Shown: one piece after another, positions 10,334-20,426 of the stretch
How the letters are laid out: every line of letters starts with the position of its first letter
How positions within the stretch are numbered: position 1 is the first letter of the stretch
Origin: an uncultured Gemmatimonadales bacterium
GTDB taxonomy: Bacteria; Gemmatimonadota; Gemmatimonadetes; Gemmatimonadales; GWC2-71-9
Direction of reading: 5' to 3'
Length of the DNA stretch: 64,000 nt
Assembly: GCA_963779755.1 (NCBI GenBank)
Contig: CAVZZO010000001.1
Location: 1,472,001-1,536,000 of the forward strand
Notes under the pieces: model-generated
What the model was told of the DNA's origin: nothing
The model's input: only the letters and a program-made list of their open reading frames with translations
Database searches by the model: none
Position numbers and translations under genes: made by a program

Positions 10334-11830
10334 ATGCGGAAAGCATGGCTGATGCTGGGAGTGCTGGTGCTGGCGGGCTGCAATGGCGATCTATTCCGGG
10401 CGCACGCCGATGTGGCGGCGACGGCCGCGGGCCAGGAGCTCTCGGCCGACCGGCTGGGGACGTTGCTGTCTTCGACCAAGGGCCTCAAGGTGAACAACGA
10501 GGCAGCCGAGTTCCTGGCCAACGTCTGGATCGACTACACGCTGTTCGCCCATGAACTGGTGGCCGGCGATTCCCTGACCGACTCGACCCGCACGGTGGCC
10601 ACCATGTGGCCTCAGATCGCGGAGATCGAGAGCCAGCGCCTGTTCGATACGCTGCTGAGCCGCCGGGCAGAGACTTTCTCCGCGGCGGCGGCCGACAGCG
10701 CGTATCGCGCGGGGGACATCCGCGCGGTGCAGCACATCCTCTTCGGCGTGCAGCCCAACGCCCAGCCGCCGGCCCGGGCCGAGGCCAGGCGGAAGGCCGA
10801 GACGGCGCTGACGCGCATCCGCAGCGGGGCGGACTTCGGCAGCATCGCGATGGAGCAGAGCCAGGATTTCCAGAGTGCGCGCGACAGCGGCTGGCTGCCG
10901 GCGGGCCCGAAGGGCCGGTTCGTCACCGCCTTCGACAGCGCGGCCTACAGCCTGAAGCCGGGCGAGACCAGCAATCTGGTCGTGACGCCCTACGGCTTCC
11001 ACATCATCCGGCGTCCCGACATGGCCACGGCGCGCCCCCGCATGATCCAGTACCTGCGGCAGAGTATGGAGGATCAGCTCGATTCGCTGGTGCGGGACTC
11101 CCTCACCCGGGCCGACAAGCTCGAGGTGGCGAGCTCGGCGGTGAAACGGGCCCGGAGCGCCCTGGACGATCCGCAGGGGCAGCGGAATTCGGGGGAGACG
11201 CTGGTGAGCTACCAGGGCGGAAAGTTCACCGTGGCGGACTTCCTGCGCTGGGTCTATGCCATGCCGCCGCAGTTCGTTCCGCAGGTCAAGCAGGCGCCGG
11301 ACGAAGACCTGGTCAAGTTCCTGACCATCCTGGCTCAGAACGAGCTCCTGCTGCGCGTGGCCGATTCCACCGGTGTCCGGCTGACCCCGGAGGAATGGGC
11401 CGGTATCCGGCAGCAGCAGGCGCTGACGATCGACACGCTGCGGACCACGCTCAACCTGGGCAGCGCGATCACCGATACGTCGGTCAGCGCGTCCGAGCGG
11501 CAGAAGATCGCCGCCATGCGGCTGGATGCCTACTTCGACAGCGTGGTCGCGGGAACGGCGCGGCTGCGCCGGGTGCCGCCGCCGCTCAGCGCAGCGCTCC
11601 GAACCGATGGCAAGTACCGGGTCAACCAGGCGGGGATCGCCCGTGCGGTCGAGCTGGCCGAGGCCGACCAGGCGAAGCGGGACAGCGTCCAGGGCGGCCC
11701 GCGTCCTCCGGGGCTGCAGCCGGCGCCCGGCGGCGCCCCGATTCCCGGGGCGGGTACCCCGGCAGACACCGTCCGCCGCGGCAGCGCCGGCGCGGGCGGA
11801 AGCACCACCGGGACGAAGGGCGGCAGATGA
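10334..11830 (+). CDS. Parvulin-type peptidyl-prolyl isomerase lipoprotein
   Basis: Lipobox LAGC; HIL...GADFGSIAMEQSQD...G.L...F...AYSLKPGETSNLVVTPYGFHII. Confidence 0.85.
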   Translation: MRKAWLMLGVLVLAGCNGDLFRAHADVAATAAGQELSADRLGTLLSSTKGLKVNNEAAEFLANVWIDYTLFAHELVAGDSLTDSTRTVATMWPQIAEIESQRLFDTLLSRRAETFSAAAADSAYRAGDIRAVQHILFGVQPNAQPPARAEARRKAETALTRIRSGADFGSIAMEQSQDFQSARDSGWLPAGPKGRFVTAFDSAAYSLKPGETSNLVVTPYGFHIIRRPDMATARPRMIQYLRQSMEDQLDSLVRDSLTRADKLEVASSAVKRARSALDDPQGQRNSGETLVSYQGGKFTVADFLRWVYAMPPQFVPQVKQAPDEDLVKFLTILAQNELLLRVADSTGVRLTPEEWAGIRQQQALTIDTLRTTLNLGSAITDTSVSASERQKIAAMRLDAYFDSVVAGTARLRRVPPPLSAALRTDGKYRVNQAGIARAVELAEADQAKRDSVQGGPRPPGLQPAPGGAPIPGAGTPADTVRRGSAGAGGSTTGTKGGR

Positions 11831-13185
11831 TGCGGCAGCTGGCAACCGCCGCCTTCATGGCGGCGGCTCTGGCCGGGGCAACCCCCGCCGCTGCGCAGCA
11901 GACGGCGGCGCCGCTGCCCCTGCCGGACGATACGACGGCAGTCGTGGACCGGGTCCTGGCGGTGGTCGGGAACGACGTGATCCTCCGGTCCCAGGTGGAC
12001 GAAGAAATCTTCAAGCAGCAGGGGCAGGGAATGCCGCTGCCCACCGACCCCGACTCGCTGCACCAGTACCGGCAGAAGGTCCTGAGCGATCTGATTGACG
12101 AGTCGCTGCTGGTGCAGCAGGCGGAGCGCGATACGGCGATCCACGTGACCGACCAGGACGTGGCCGAAGCGGTAGACCAGCAGGTCCGCTATATCCGGCG
12201 GCAGCTGCCCTCCGAGCTGGAGTACAAGAACGAGCTGCGCAAGGCGGGATTCCAGACGCCGGAGGAGTATCGCCGGTGGCTGAGCGAGGACCAGCGCAAG
12301 CAGCTGCTGCGGCAGAAGTACATCGCCAAGCTGGAGCAGGAAGGCAAGCTCGACCCGGTGCAGCCCACGGATGCGGAGATGCGGCAGTACTTCGAAGAGC
12401 AGAAGGCCTCGCTGCCCGAGGAGAACCGCAAGCGGCCGGCTACCATCACCTGGCAGCAGATCGTACTGGCGCCCCAACCGAGCGACTCGGCCAGGGAGCG
12501 ATCGCGACGGCTGGCCGATTCCATCGTGACCGCGCTCCGCGGCGGGGCCGATTTCGCCACGGCCGCCAAGCGTTTCAGCGACGATCCGGGCACCCGCGAC
12601 AAGGGCGGCGAGCTGGGCTGGTTCCGGCGTGAGGCGATGATCCCGGAGTTCAGCCGGGTGGCGTTTCTGCTTCGACCGGGCCAGATCTCCGACCCGGTGG
12701 AGAGCCCCTTCGGCTTCCACATTATCCAGGTGCAGCGGGCGCAGCCGACTGAAGTCCAGGCCCGGCACATCCTGATCATGCCGGAGATCACCCAGGGCGA
12801 GGCGGACAGCGCGCGGGCCATGGCCGACAGCATCGCCGCCCTGGTGCGCTCGGGCGCTTCCGTGGACAGCCTGCAGCGCATCTACCACGATCGCTCGGAA
12901 GTCAAGAACGTGGAGGATGTGCCGGTCGATAATCTGCCGGAGGCGTATGCCAAGGCACTGGCCGACGCCGATTCCGGCCAGGTGCTGGTGGTGCCGATTC
13001 CGGCACAGCCCGCCACCCGCACCAAGTACGCGGTCGTGCTGGTGGGCGTGCGAACCCCGCCGGGCGAGATCACCTACCAGGACTACAAGGACCAGATCCG
13101 CTCGGCGCTGGCGAAGGACCTGGCGGTGCGCCGCTTCATCGCCCGCCTGCGCGCCTCGAACTACGTGGAGGTGCGCCCCACGTGA
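11827..13185 (+). CDS. surA: SurA-like periplasmic chaperone / PPIase
   Basis: Signal peptide; VDRVLAVVGNDVILRS SurA N-domain; parvulin ADFATAAKRFSDD...GGELGWF...SPFGFHII; directly upstream of pdxA. Confidence 0.8.
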   Translation: MMRQLATAAFMAAALAGATPAAAQQTAAPLPLPDDTTAVVDRVLAVVGNDVILRSQVDEEIFKQQGQGMPLPTDPDSLHQYRQKVLSDLIDESLLVQQAERDTAIHVTDQDVAEAVDQQVRYIRRQLPSELEYKNELRKAGFQTPEEYRRWLSEDQRKQLLRQKYIAKLEQEGKLDPVQPTDAEMRQYFEEQKASLPEENRKRPATITWQQIVLAPQPSDSARERSRRLADSIVTALRGGADFATAAKRFSDDPGTRDKGGELGWFRREAMIPEFSRVAFLLRPGQISDPVESPFGFHIIQVQRAQPTEVQARHILIMPEITQGEADSARAMADSIAALVRSGASVDSLQRIYHDRSEVKNVEDVPVDNLPEAYAKALADADSGQVLVVPIPAQPATRTKYAVVLVGVRTPPGEITYQDYKDQIRSALAKDLAVRRFIARLRASNYVEVRPT

Positions 13186-14153
13186 GGCCTCGCCTGGCGG
13201 TTACGCTGGGCGACCCCCGTGGCATCGGGCCGGAGATCGCCGCGGCGGCGCTCCGCTCTCCCCTGGAGGCCGAGGTCACGGTGATCGGGGCCGAGGACCA
13301 GGTCGCCGCCGTCCCGGCGGATCACCGGATCAGCCTCGGCCCCTGGCACCTGGGCAGCGGCGAGTCTCCCGCCGGCGAGCAGGGCCACAGCCGGACCATC
13401 CGTGCCGGGCGCCTCGCGGGCCACGCCATCGAGACGGCGGCCCGCATGGCGATGGCGGGCGAGGTCGACGGCATCGTGACGGCTCCCATCAACAAGTACG
13501 CGGTGCAACTGGCCGGATTTCCCTGGCCCGGGCATACCGAGTGGCTGGCGCATCTGGCCGGCGATGTCCCCGTCGCCATGATGCTGGCAGCCGACCGGTT
13601 GCGGGTCGTCCTGGTCACCATTCATGTCGCCCTGCGGGACGTGCCGGCCCTGCTCACCGGCGACCGGGTGGTGCGCACCGGACGCATCACCCGCGAGGCG
13701 CTCACCCGATGGTTCGGCATCGCCGAGCCCCGGCTGGCGCTGTGCGCGCTCAACCCGCACGCGGGGGAACAGGGGCTGTTCGGCGACGAAGAAGCCCGGA
13801 TCCTGGCGCCGGCGGCGCGCGAGCTGGGTGCGGCGGGGCCGTTGCCGGCCGACACGGTATTCGTGCGGGCCATGCGGGGCGAGTTCGACGCGGTGCTGGC
13901 GCCCTATCACGACGTGGGAATGACGGCGATCAAGGTGGCGGCCTTCGGCCACGGGGTGAACGTGACACTGGGGCTCCCGTTCCCCCGTACCTCGCCCGAT
14001 CACGGGACCGCACTGGATATCGCGGGGCGGGGCACCGCGGATCCGGGGAGCATGCGGAAGGCACTGGAGATGGCGGTGGGGATGGCCAGGGACAAGGAAT
14101 CAGGAATCGGGAATCAGGGGGTGGACGGGCGTTCCTCCATTCCTGATTCCTGA
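13182..14153 (+). CDS. pdxA: 4-hydroxythreonine-4-phosphate dehydrogenase PdxA
   Basis: TLGDPRGIGPEI, TAPINK, GHTE, LNPHAGE, PADT, YHD.G, NVTLGLPFPRTSPDHGTA. Confidence 0.96.
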   Translation: MRPRLAVTLGDPRGIGPEIAAAALRSPLEAEVTVIGAEDQVAAVPADHRISLGPWHLGSGESPAGEQGHSRTIRAGRLAGHAIETAARMAMAGEVDGIVTAPINKYAVQLAGFPWPGHTEWLAHLAGDVPVAMMLAADRLRVVLVTIHVALRDVPALLTGDRVVRTGRITREALTRWFGIAEPRLALCALNPHAGEQGLFGDEEARILAPAARELGAAGPLPADTVFVRAMRGEFDAVLAPYHDVGMTAIKVAAFGHGVNVTLGLPFPRTSPDHGTALDIAGRGTADPGSMRKALEMAVGMARDKESGIGNQGVDGRSSIPDS

Positions 14154-14158
14154 TGCCC
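14096..14158. repeat. Inverted heptamer-repeat element (GGAATCA)n...(TTCCTGA)n between convergent genes, overlapping the pdxA 3' end
   Basis: ggaatcaggaatcgggaatcagg (14096-14118) and attcctgattcctgatgccc (14139-14158). Confidence 0.8.
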
Positions 14159-14165
14159 GGTCCCT

Positions 14166-15527
14166 TTACAAGCGCCGCGACGTCCGGCGCGATGGTTTCG
14201 CCGTGGGGATCTCCGCGGGGAGCACCTTGGTCACCCGCACCCGCTTGACCCGCCGCCCGTCCATTTCCGTCACTTCGAAGGTGAACCCCTGGGCGGTGAC
14301 GCTGTCGCCGGTGCGCGGCAGCCGGCCGATGCAGCCAAAGACGTATCCGCCCAGCGTGGTGTATTCCGAGTCGTCCAGATCGGCGGAGAGCTCGTCGTTG
14401 AAATCGCTGATCGGCATGGCGCCGTCAACCTCGGGCGCCCCCTGCGCCGGACGGACCGGCTCGGGCCGGTCGTATTCATCGTAGATCTGCCCGACGATTT
14501 CCTCCAGCAAGTCCTCCATGGTGACCAGGCCGGCGGTCCCGCCGTACTCGTCCAGCACGATGGCCATGTGGATCTTGATGCGCTTCATATCGGCCAGCAC
14601 ATCCTCGACCTCGCGGGTGCCCGGCACGAACAGCGGCGGGCGCATGATGTCGGAGATCCGCTGCCCCGGCGTGGAGCGGATGGCGGTGAGAATGTCCTTG
14701 CTGTGCACGATACCGACGATATCGTCGATCGAGCCGGCATAGACCGGATAGCGCGAACGCCGGGCGGAGACCACTTCGTCGGCCGCTTCCTCGACGGTGA
14801 TGTCGCTGGCGAGGGCAGTCATCTGGGTCCGGGGAGTCATGACTTCCTGGGCGGTCTTCTCCGTGAATTCAAAGACTCCTTCCAGCAGCCGCGCGTCCTG
14901 CTGCTGCAGGCTTCCGCCCTCCTGGCTCTGTTCCACCAGCATCCGGATCTCTTCCGGTGAATGGAGCCGTTCCCGCTCCCGGGGCCGGGGGATGCGGAGC
15001 AGACGGAGGAGCGCATTGGCCGTCCCGTTCAGGACGGCGATCGGGGCGGCCATGATCCAGCTGAAGCCGAGCAGGGGGCCGGCCACCCAGGCGCCGATCA
15101 CCTCCGGGTAGAGCAGAGCCAGGCCCTTGGGTACCAGTTCGCCCAGAATGATATGCAGCATGGTGATGAGGACGAACGCGACCGTCACCGCCACCGTGTG
15201 GGTGGCGATGGTGGCCAGTGCCCCCGGCAACCGGGCGAAGCCGCCCTGGAGCAGGCTGGCCAGCGCCGGCTCGCCGATCCAGCCCAGTCCCAGGGATGCC
15301 AGGGTAATGCCGAGCTGGGTGGCGGAGATATAGCGGTCGAGGTGCTGGAGGGCCCGGCGGGCGAGCCCGGCGCGGCGATTGCCGTTCCGGACCATCTCGT
15401 CGAGCCGGGTCTTGCGGGCGCCCACCAGGGCAAATTCGGCGGCCACGAAGAAGGCGTTGGCGAGGACCAGGATCAGGACCGCCAGCAGGCCGCCGGCCAC
15501 GGGGAAGCTACTCGAGGGGTCGTCCAT
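14166..15527 (-). CDS. Hemolysin-family CNNM/CBS/CorC-HlyC membrane protein (Mg2+/Co2+ homeostasis)
   Basis: ANAFFVAAEFALV, QLGITLASLGLGWIGEP, GELVPK, CBS pair (VMTPR, DEYGGTAGLVTMEDLLEEIVG) and CorC domain. Confidence 0.92.
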   Translation of the reverse strand: MDDPSSSFPVAGGLLAVLILVLANAFFVAAEFALVGARKTRLDEMVRNGNRRAGLARRALQHLDRYISATQLGITLASLGLGWIGEPALASLLQGGFARLPGALATIATHTVAVTVAFVLITMLHIILGELVPKGLALLYPEVIGAWVAGPLLGFSWIMAAPIAVLNGTANALLRLLRIPRPRERERLHSPEEIRMLVEQSQEGGSLQQQDARLLEGVFEFTEKTAQEVMTPRTQMTALASDITVEEAADEVVSARRSRYPVYAGSIDDIVGIVHSKDILTAIRSTPGQRISDIMRPPLFVPGTREVEDVLADMKRIKIHMAIVLDEYGGTAGLVTMEDLLEEIVGQIYDEYDRPEPVRPAQGAPEVDGAMPISDFNDELSADLDDSEYTTLGGYVFGCIGRLPRTGDSVTAQGFTFEVTEMDGRRVKRVRVTKVLPAEIPTAKPSRRTSRRL

Positions 15528-15630
15528 AGCTCTAACTGTATTGCCGCCCGGGAGTAACCGCGAGGGCCGCGCTCCGGCGGGGTGATCTAACGCCTTGATT
15601 GCCAAGGGGTAAGCCCCCGTATATTAGGGC

Positions 15631-16548
15631 ATGCAAACGCTTGACGACGCGGGCTGCACCGCGACGCCGCAGCCGCGGACCACGCGGCGCCTCTGGCTGG
15701 TGCTGGCGCTGACCGGCGGGTTCATGCTGGTGGAGGTCGCCGGCGGCTACCTGAGCGGATCGCTGGCTCTGCTGGCGGATGCGGGGCACATGCTGACCGA
15801 CGTGGCGGCTATCGGCCTGTCGCTGTTTTCGGCGGGAATGGCGCGCCGCCCGGCGGACGTGAACAAGACCTACGGCTATCTCCGCTACGAGATCCTGGCC
15901 GCCCTGGTCAACGGGGCGGCCCTGCTGGGCCTTACCGTCTGGATCGTCATCGAGGCGGTGCACCGGCTGGGCGCGCCGCAGCCGGTACAGGGGTGGATCT
16001 TCCTGGGGGTGGCCTCGGCCGGGCTGGTCGTGAACCTGATCGGCGTGGCGGTCATGCACGGGATTTCCCGCGCCAATCTCAACTCGCGCGGGGTCTACCT
16101 GCATCTGCTGGGCGACGCGCTGGGCTCGGTCGGTGCGCTGGCGGCGGCGGCGATCATTCTGCTCACGGGCTGGACCCCGGCGGACCCGATCGTGTCGGTG
16201 CTGATCGGCGGGCTGATCGTGATCGGCGCGTGGCGCCTGGTGCGGGAGAGTGTGGACGTGCTGCTCGAGGCGGTGCCCCCCGGCGTTTCCCTGACGGACG
16301 TGCGGCAGCGGGTGCTTGGCGTGGACGGCGTCTCCGGGGTGCACGACCTGCACGTCTGGACGGTGGGCAGCGGCATGGTGGCGATGAGCGGCCACGCGGT
16401 GGTTCCCGATCTCCAGGCCCACCCCGACGTGCTGGACGAGATCCGCTCCGGCATGTCTGCCCTGGGGATCGACCATGTCACGGTGCAGATCGAGGTGGCG
16501 CACCGGTGCGAGGAGCCGGCCGAACATCATGCGCGCCGAGCGGGGTAG
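15631..16548 (+). CDS. Cation diffusion facilitator (CzcD/ZitB-like Zn/Co/Cd efflux)
   Basis: [36 protein letters not shown]. Confidence 0.93.
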   Translation: MQTLDDAGCTATPQPRTTRRLWLVLALTGGFMLVEVAGGYLSGSLALLADAGHMLTDVAAIGLSLFSAGMARRPADVNKTYGYLRYEILAALVNGAALLGLTVWIVIEAVHRLGAPQPVQGWIFLGVASAGLVVNLIGVAVMHGISRANLNSRGVYLHLLGDALGSVGALAAAAIILLTGWTPADPIVSVLIGGLIVIGAWRLVRESVDVLLEAVPPGVSLTDVRQRVLGVDGVSGVHDLHVWTVGSGMVAMSGHAVVPDLQAHPDVLDEIRSGMSALGIDHVTVQIEVAHRCEEPAEHHARRAG

Positions 16549-16580
16549 CGCAGGAGGCTGGTGAGGCAGTGTCGCGCCGG

Positions 16581-16602
16581 GGTGAGGCGTGAGGCGTGAG
16601 GG
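16581..16602. repeat. Heptamer tandem repeat (GTGAGGC)x3 downstream of the CDF gene
   Basis: gtgaggc-gtgaggc-gtgagggg, plus a further gtgaggc at 16561. Confidence 0.7.
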
Positions 16603-16805
16603 GTTGCGTCTTGCCTGCAGGGGGCGCCGGCACCCGCGTTTTCCAGCCCGGCTTCCGCCTTTTTTCCCTCTCTTGCGGTCCGACGGAGCCCCGTCTATAT
16701 ATGCCGCGCGGAGACCCGGCCGGCGGCGTCACAGCGCCGGCCGCGCGACTCTCCGCCCCCGGGGTCGACCCGGTGTCCAGCGGCATTCGGGAGAGGTGAG
16801 CAGGC

Positions 16806-18647
16806 GTGATTCGGAACCTGGCGATTATCGCCCACGTAGACCATGGCAAGACCACCCTGGTGGACAAGATGCTCCGCCAGGCGGGGGCATTCCGGGCCAA
16901 CCAGCAGGTGGAGGAGCGGGTGATGGACTCCAATCCCCTGGAGCGGGAGCGGGGTATCACCATTCTGGCCAAGAACACCTCGGTCCACTGGCGGGATACC
17001 AAGATCAATATCGTGGATACGCCGGGTCACGCCGATTTCGGCGGCGAGGTCGAGCGGATTCTGCGCATGGTGGACGGCGTCCTGCTGCTGGTGGATGCCG
17101 CCGAGGGCCCCATGCCGCAGACCCGGTTCGTTACCCGCAAGGCGCTGGCGCTGGGGCTCCGGCCCATCGTGGCCATCAACAAGATCGACCGGACCGACGC
17201 CGAGCCGCTGCGGGTGCACGATGAAGTCCTGGACCTGCTGATCGAGCTGGAAGCGACGCCCGAGCAGCTGGACGCGCCTTTCCTCTATACCTCGAGCCGG
17301 CAGGGGATCGCCACGCCGGAGCTGGACCAACCCGGCACCTCGCTGGAGCCGTTGTTCCGGACCATCGTGGAGTACATCCCGGCGCCGAAGAGCGACGCCG
17401 AGGGGCCGTTCCAGATGCTGATTTCCACGCTGGATTATTCGCCCTTCCTGGGCCGCATGGGGATCGGCCGGATCGAGCGGGGGCGGGTGCGGAGCGGCGA
17501 CCAGGTGGCGCTGCTGCCGTTCGGGCCTCCGGGGCTGGTCGAGCTGGAGGGGGTGGAGCGGGCGCGGATCAGCAAGCTGTACACCTTCGAAGGCCTGACG
17601 CGGGTGGAGATCGCGGAGGCGTCGGCGGGCGACATCATCATGCTGGCCGGGCTGGAGGGCATCGAGATCGGGCGCACCCTCACGGCGCCCGATGCGCTGG
17701 AACGGCTGGAAGGCATCGCGGTGGAGGAGCCCACCATTTCGGTGGACTTCATGGTGAACAACTCGCCCTTCTCCGGGCGTGAGGGGAAATTCGTCACCAG
17801 CCGCCAGTTGCGCGACCGTCTCTTCCGGGAGCTGGAGCGCAACGTCGCCCTCCGGGTGGAGGATACCGATTCTCCCGACACCTTCGCGGTCGCGGGCCGG
17901 GGCGAGCTGCATCTGGCCATCCTGATGGAAACGATGCGGCGCGAGAGCTACGAATTCCAGGTATCGCGGCCGCGGGTAATTACGCGCACCGCGGAAGACG
18001 GCACGCGGCTGGAACCCTATGAAGAGTTGATGGTCGATGTGCCCGAAGCGATGCTCGGCACGGTGATCGAGAAGCTGGGGCCCCGGCGGGCCGAGCTGAT
18101 CGAGATGAAGAACCCCGGGCAGGGTTCCGTCCGTATGAGTTTCCGCATTCCCGCGCGCGGGCTGTTCGGATACCGGTCCGAGTTCCTGACCGACACCCGC
18201 GGCACCGGGATCCTGCATCATCGCTTCCTGGACTACGGCCCCTGGGCCGGTCCGCTGGCGGGCCGGAAGAACGGGGTGCTGGTCGCCGACCGCGAGGGTG
18301 TGGCCGTGGCGTACGCTCTGGGGGGCCTGCAGGAACGGGCCCGGCTGTTCGTGCGGCCGGGCGATCCGGTCTACGCCGGGATGATTACGGGCGAGAACTC
18401 CCGGCCCGATGACATGGACGTGAACGTCACGAAGGAAAAGAAGCTCACCAACATGCGTACCACCGCGTCCGACGAGCATATCCTGCTCGAGCCGCCGCGG
18501 GAAATTACCCTGGAGTACGCGCTCGAGTATATCGAGGAGGATGAGCTGATCGAGGTTACCCCGCAGGCCATCCGGCTGCGGAAACGGGAGCTGGATGCCA
18601 GCGACCGGAAGAAGGCCGCCCGGGCCGCCCGGGCGGGTGGATCATAG
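16806..18647 (+). CDS. typA: Translational GTPase TypA/BipA
   Basis: [71 protein letters not shown]. Confidence 0.98.
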   Translation: MIRNLAIIAHVDHGKTTLVDKMLRQAGAFRANQQVEERVMDSNPLERERGITILAKNTSVHWRDTKINIVDTPGHADFGGEVERILRMVDGVLLLVDAAEGPMPQTRFVTRKALALGLRPIVAINKIDRTDAEPLRVHDEVLDLLIELEATPEQLDAPFLYTSSRQGIATPELDQPGTSLEPLFRTIVEYIPAPKSDAEGPFQMLISTLDYSPFLGRMGIGRIERGRVRSGDQVALLPFGPPGLVELEGVERARISKLYTFEGLTRVEIAEASAGDIIMLAGLEGIEIGRTLTAPDALERLEGIAVEEPTISVDFMVNNSPFSGREGKFVTSRQLRDRLFRELERNVALRVEDTDSPDTFAVAGRGELHLAILMETMRRESYEFQVSRPRVITRTAEDGTRLEPYEELMVDVPEAMLGTVIEKLGPRRAELIEMKNPGQGSVRMSFRIPARGLFGYRSEFLTDTRGTGILHHRFLDYGPWAGPLAGRKNGVLVADREGVAVAYALGGLQERARLFVRPGDPVYAGMITGENSRPDDMDVNVTKEKKLTNMRTTASDEHILLEPPREITLEYALEYIEEDELIEVTPQAIRLRKRELDASDRKKAARAARAGGS

Positions 18648-18696
18648 GTCTGTCACCCCGGAGATGGCTGTGGTCACCAGTGATCGGGAGGATTCC

Positions 18697-18942
18697 ATGT
18701 TGCCCTGGGAAGCGTCGATGGAAGCCGTCGAGCTCCGGCGTCGTAATGTGGACGACGACGATGAATTCGAGGACGACGGGTTCAGTTTCGACGACGAGGA
18801 AGACGAGGACGAGGACTACGACGAGGACGAGGACCTGGACGAGGAGGAGGAGGACCTCGACGAACAGGAGGACTACGACGACCTGGACGACGAGGACGAG
18901 GCTCCCCGCCGCGGCCGCAAGGTGTCGGGCGACGACTGGTAG
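18697..18942 (+). CDS. Small highly acidic hypothetical protein (81 aa, 44 D/E)
   Basis: GGGAGG RBS 5 nt before ATG 18697; consistent GAC/GAG codon periodicity. Confidence 0.7.
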   Translation: MLPWEASMEAVELRRRNVDDDDEFEDDGFSFDDEEDEDEDYDEDEDLDEEEEDLDEQEDYDDLDDEDEAPRRGRKVSGDDW

Positions 18943-19008
18943 GCCGGTGGCAGGGCGGGAGCACCCGGAGCGTGCGGAATCCCTGCCCGTTTGCCGGCTC
19001 TCATCCGG

Positions 19009-19037
19009 TTGCGGCGCCCGGGATGCGGCGTTATCCT
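19009..19037 (+). promoter_or_regulatory. Sigma70-type promoter for tRNA-Ile
   Basis: TTGCGG-N17-TATCCT, 11 nt upstream of the tRNA 5' end. Confidence 0.5.
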
Positions 19038-19048
19038 GAGGCTCCCCG

Positions 19049-19122
<74 letters not shown>

Positions 19123-19161
19123 TTACGAGGAGTGAAGGAATGAGAAATGGGGATTCAGGGG

Positions 19162-19187
19162 CGCCCCGCCGGAGATCCGGCGGGGCG
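19162..19187. terminator. GC-rich hairpin between the tRNA and the convergent gene
   Basis: cgccccgccgg-agat-ccggcggggcg (11-bp perfect stem); no clear U tract. Confidence 0.6.
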
Positions 19188-19203
19188 TTCCACTTCGTGG
19201 TTC

Positions 19204-19722
19204 TCAGCGGGTGGTGAAGGCGAACACGGCGCCGTAGGTGCCGTTGCCATCGCGCCAGCCGGGGCCAATCTCGCCGCCGCCCATCATCCCACCGCCGCCC
19301 ATCATCCCCTCGGTGGCCCACTGGCCGCCCAGGTGCCGGCAGGCCCAGTCCAGGTCCAGCGGATTGCCGGTCGAGTCCCGCATGCCGCCGCCCAGGTGCA
19401 GGGAGTAGTGCGTTGCCGGCGCCAGCGCGCTATCCTGCATGAAGGTGAGCATGGAATCGCCATGCGACCAGTGCCAGGAGCCGGGAACAACGGGACCGTT
19501 GATGCCGCTCAGGTGTAACGCGGCACTGGCCTCCCCGGCCATCATGGGGCGATCGAAGCGGATGATTACCGGGCGCGTCGGGTCCACGTCCGCGGCGCCG
19601 GCGGCAGGGGTGACGGCGATGACTCGCGCGGCCTCGGAAGTCGGCGCGTTGGCGGACGGGTTGCACGAGACGAAGACGACGCCGGCCAGCACGAGTGTCA
19701 GGAAGGTGGCATATGCGCGCAC
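19204..19722 (-). CDS. Ig-like (Big_5-type) lipoprotein with Met/Gly-rich segments
   Basis: Lipobox FVSC; VIAVTPAAGA..V....PVIIRFDRPM...LTF....LAPATHYSL...GGMRD..GNPL; MMGGGGMMGGG. Confidence 0.75.
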   Translation of the reverse strand: MRAYATFLTLVLAGVVFVSCNPSANAPTSEAARVIAVTPAAGAADVDPTRPVIIRFDRPMMAGEASAALHLSGINGPVVPGSWHWSHGDSMLTFMQDSALAPATHYSLHLGGGMRDSTGNPLDLDWACRHLGGQWATEGMMGGGGMMGGGEIGPGWRDGNGTYGAVFAFTTR

Positions 19723-19778
19723 AGAGCTCTCCAGTCAGGCAGCGGAGGGAAAGGTCGGCGTTACGGCCTGAAGGCTTC

Positions 19779-20426
19779 ATGAAGCCGGACAGAAGGCCAC
19801 TTCATCTGGTGCTGCTTATCCTGGTGGGTCTGGCCGGGTGCGGAGGGGCGGCGACGGGTGGCGGCGCAGCCGCCGGCGCGGCCGACAGCACGGTGCTGGT
19901 CGGCGGCATCGCCGCTTCCGCCCTTCCGGACACGGGCTCGACGGGGGCCCGGCTGGTGGGACGGTACTGCGGCCAGTGCCACGCGGTTCCTTCTCCTGCC
20001 CGTCATGCCGCCGGCGACTGGATTCCCACGTTGCGACGGATGTATCTCCGCATGGACCACATGGCCGCCATGGGCGGCATGATGGCTGGGCGCGGGATGG
20101 GGCGGGGCATGATGGGGCAAGGCCGCACCGTCATCCGCAGCCCCACGCCCGCCGAGCGCGATACCATACTGGCATACCTCCAGGGCCACGCCATGCGCGC
20201 ACTGGCGGAGGACAGCCTGCCCGACGCCGGCGCCGCCGGCGCGGCGATCTTCCGGCGCGCTTGCTCCCGCTGCCACGCGCTGCCCGACCCCGGGCAGCAC
20301 ACCGCGGCGGAGTGGCCGGCCGTGGTGGCCCGGATGCGGGAGCACATGCAGCAGATGAACGTGGGCGACGTCAGCGACGCGGACGCGCAGGCGATCGTCG
20401 CCTACCTCGGCCGTACCGCCGGCTAG
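19779..20426 (+). CDS. Diheme c-type cytochrome lipoprotein with Met-rich linker
   Basis: Lipobox LAGC; CGQCH and CSRCH, each followed by A.P.P..H.A..W....RM; linker MDHMAAMGGMMAGRGMGRGMMG. Confidence 0.85.
   Translation: MKPDRRPLHLVLLILVGLAGCGGAATGGGAAAGAADSTVLVGGIAASALPDTGSTGARLVGRYCGQCHAVPSPARHAAGDWIPTLRRMYLRMDHMAAMGGMMAGRGMGRGMMGQGRTVIRSPTPAERDTILAYLQGHAMRALAEDSLPDAGAAGAAIFRRACSRCHALPDPGQHTAAEWPAVVARMREHMQQMNVGDVSDADAQAIVAYLGRTAG

Noticed and set aside
10606..11826. 859-aa SurA with a long N-terminal extension
   Set aside because: The extension overlaps the PPIase lipoprotein in another frame; the signal peptide begins at ATG 11827.
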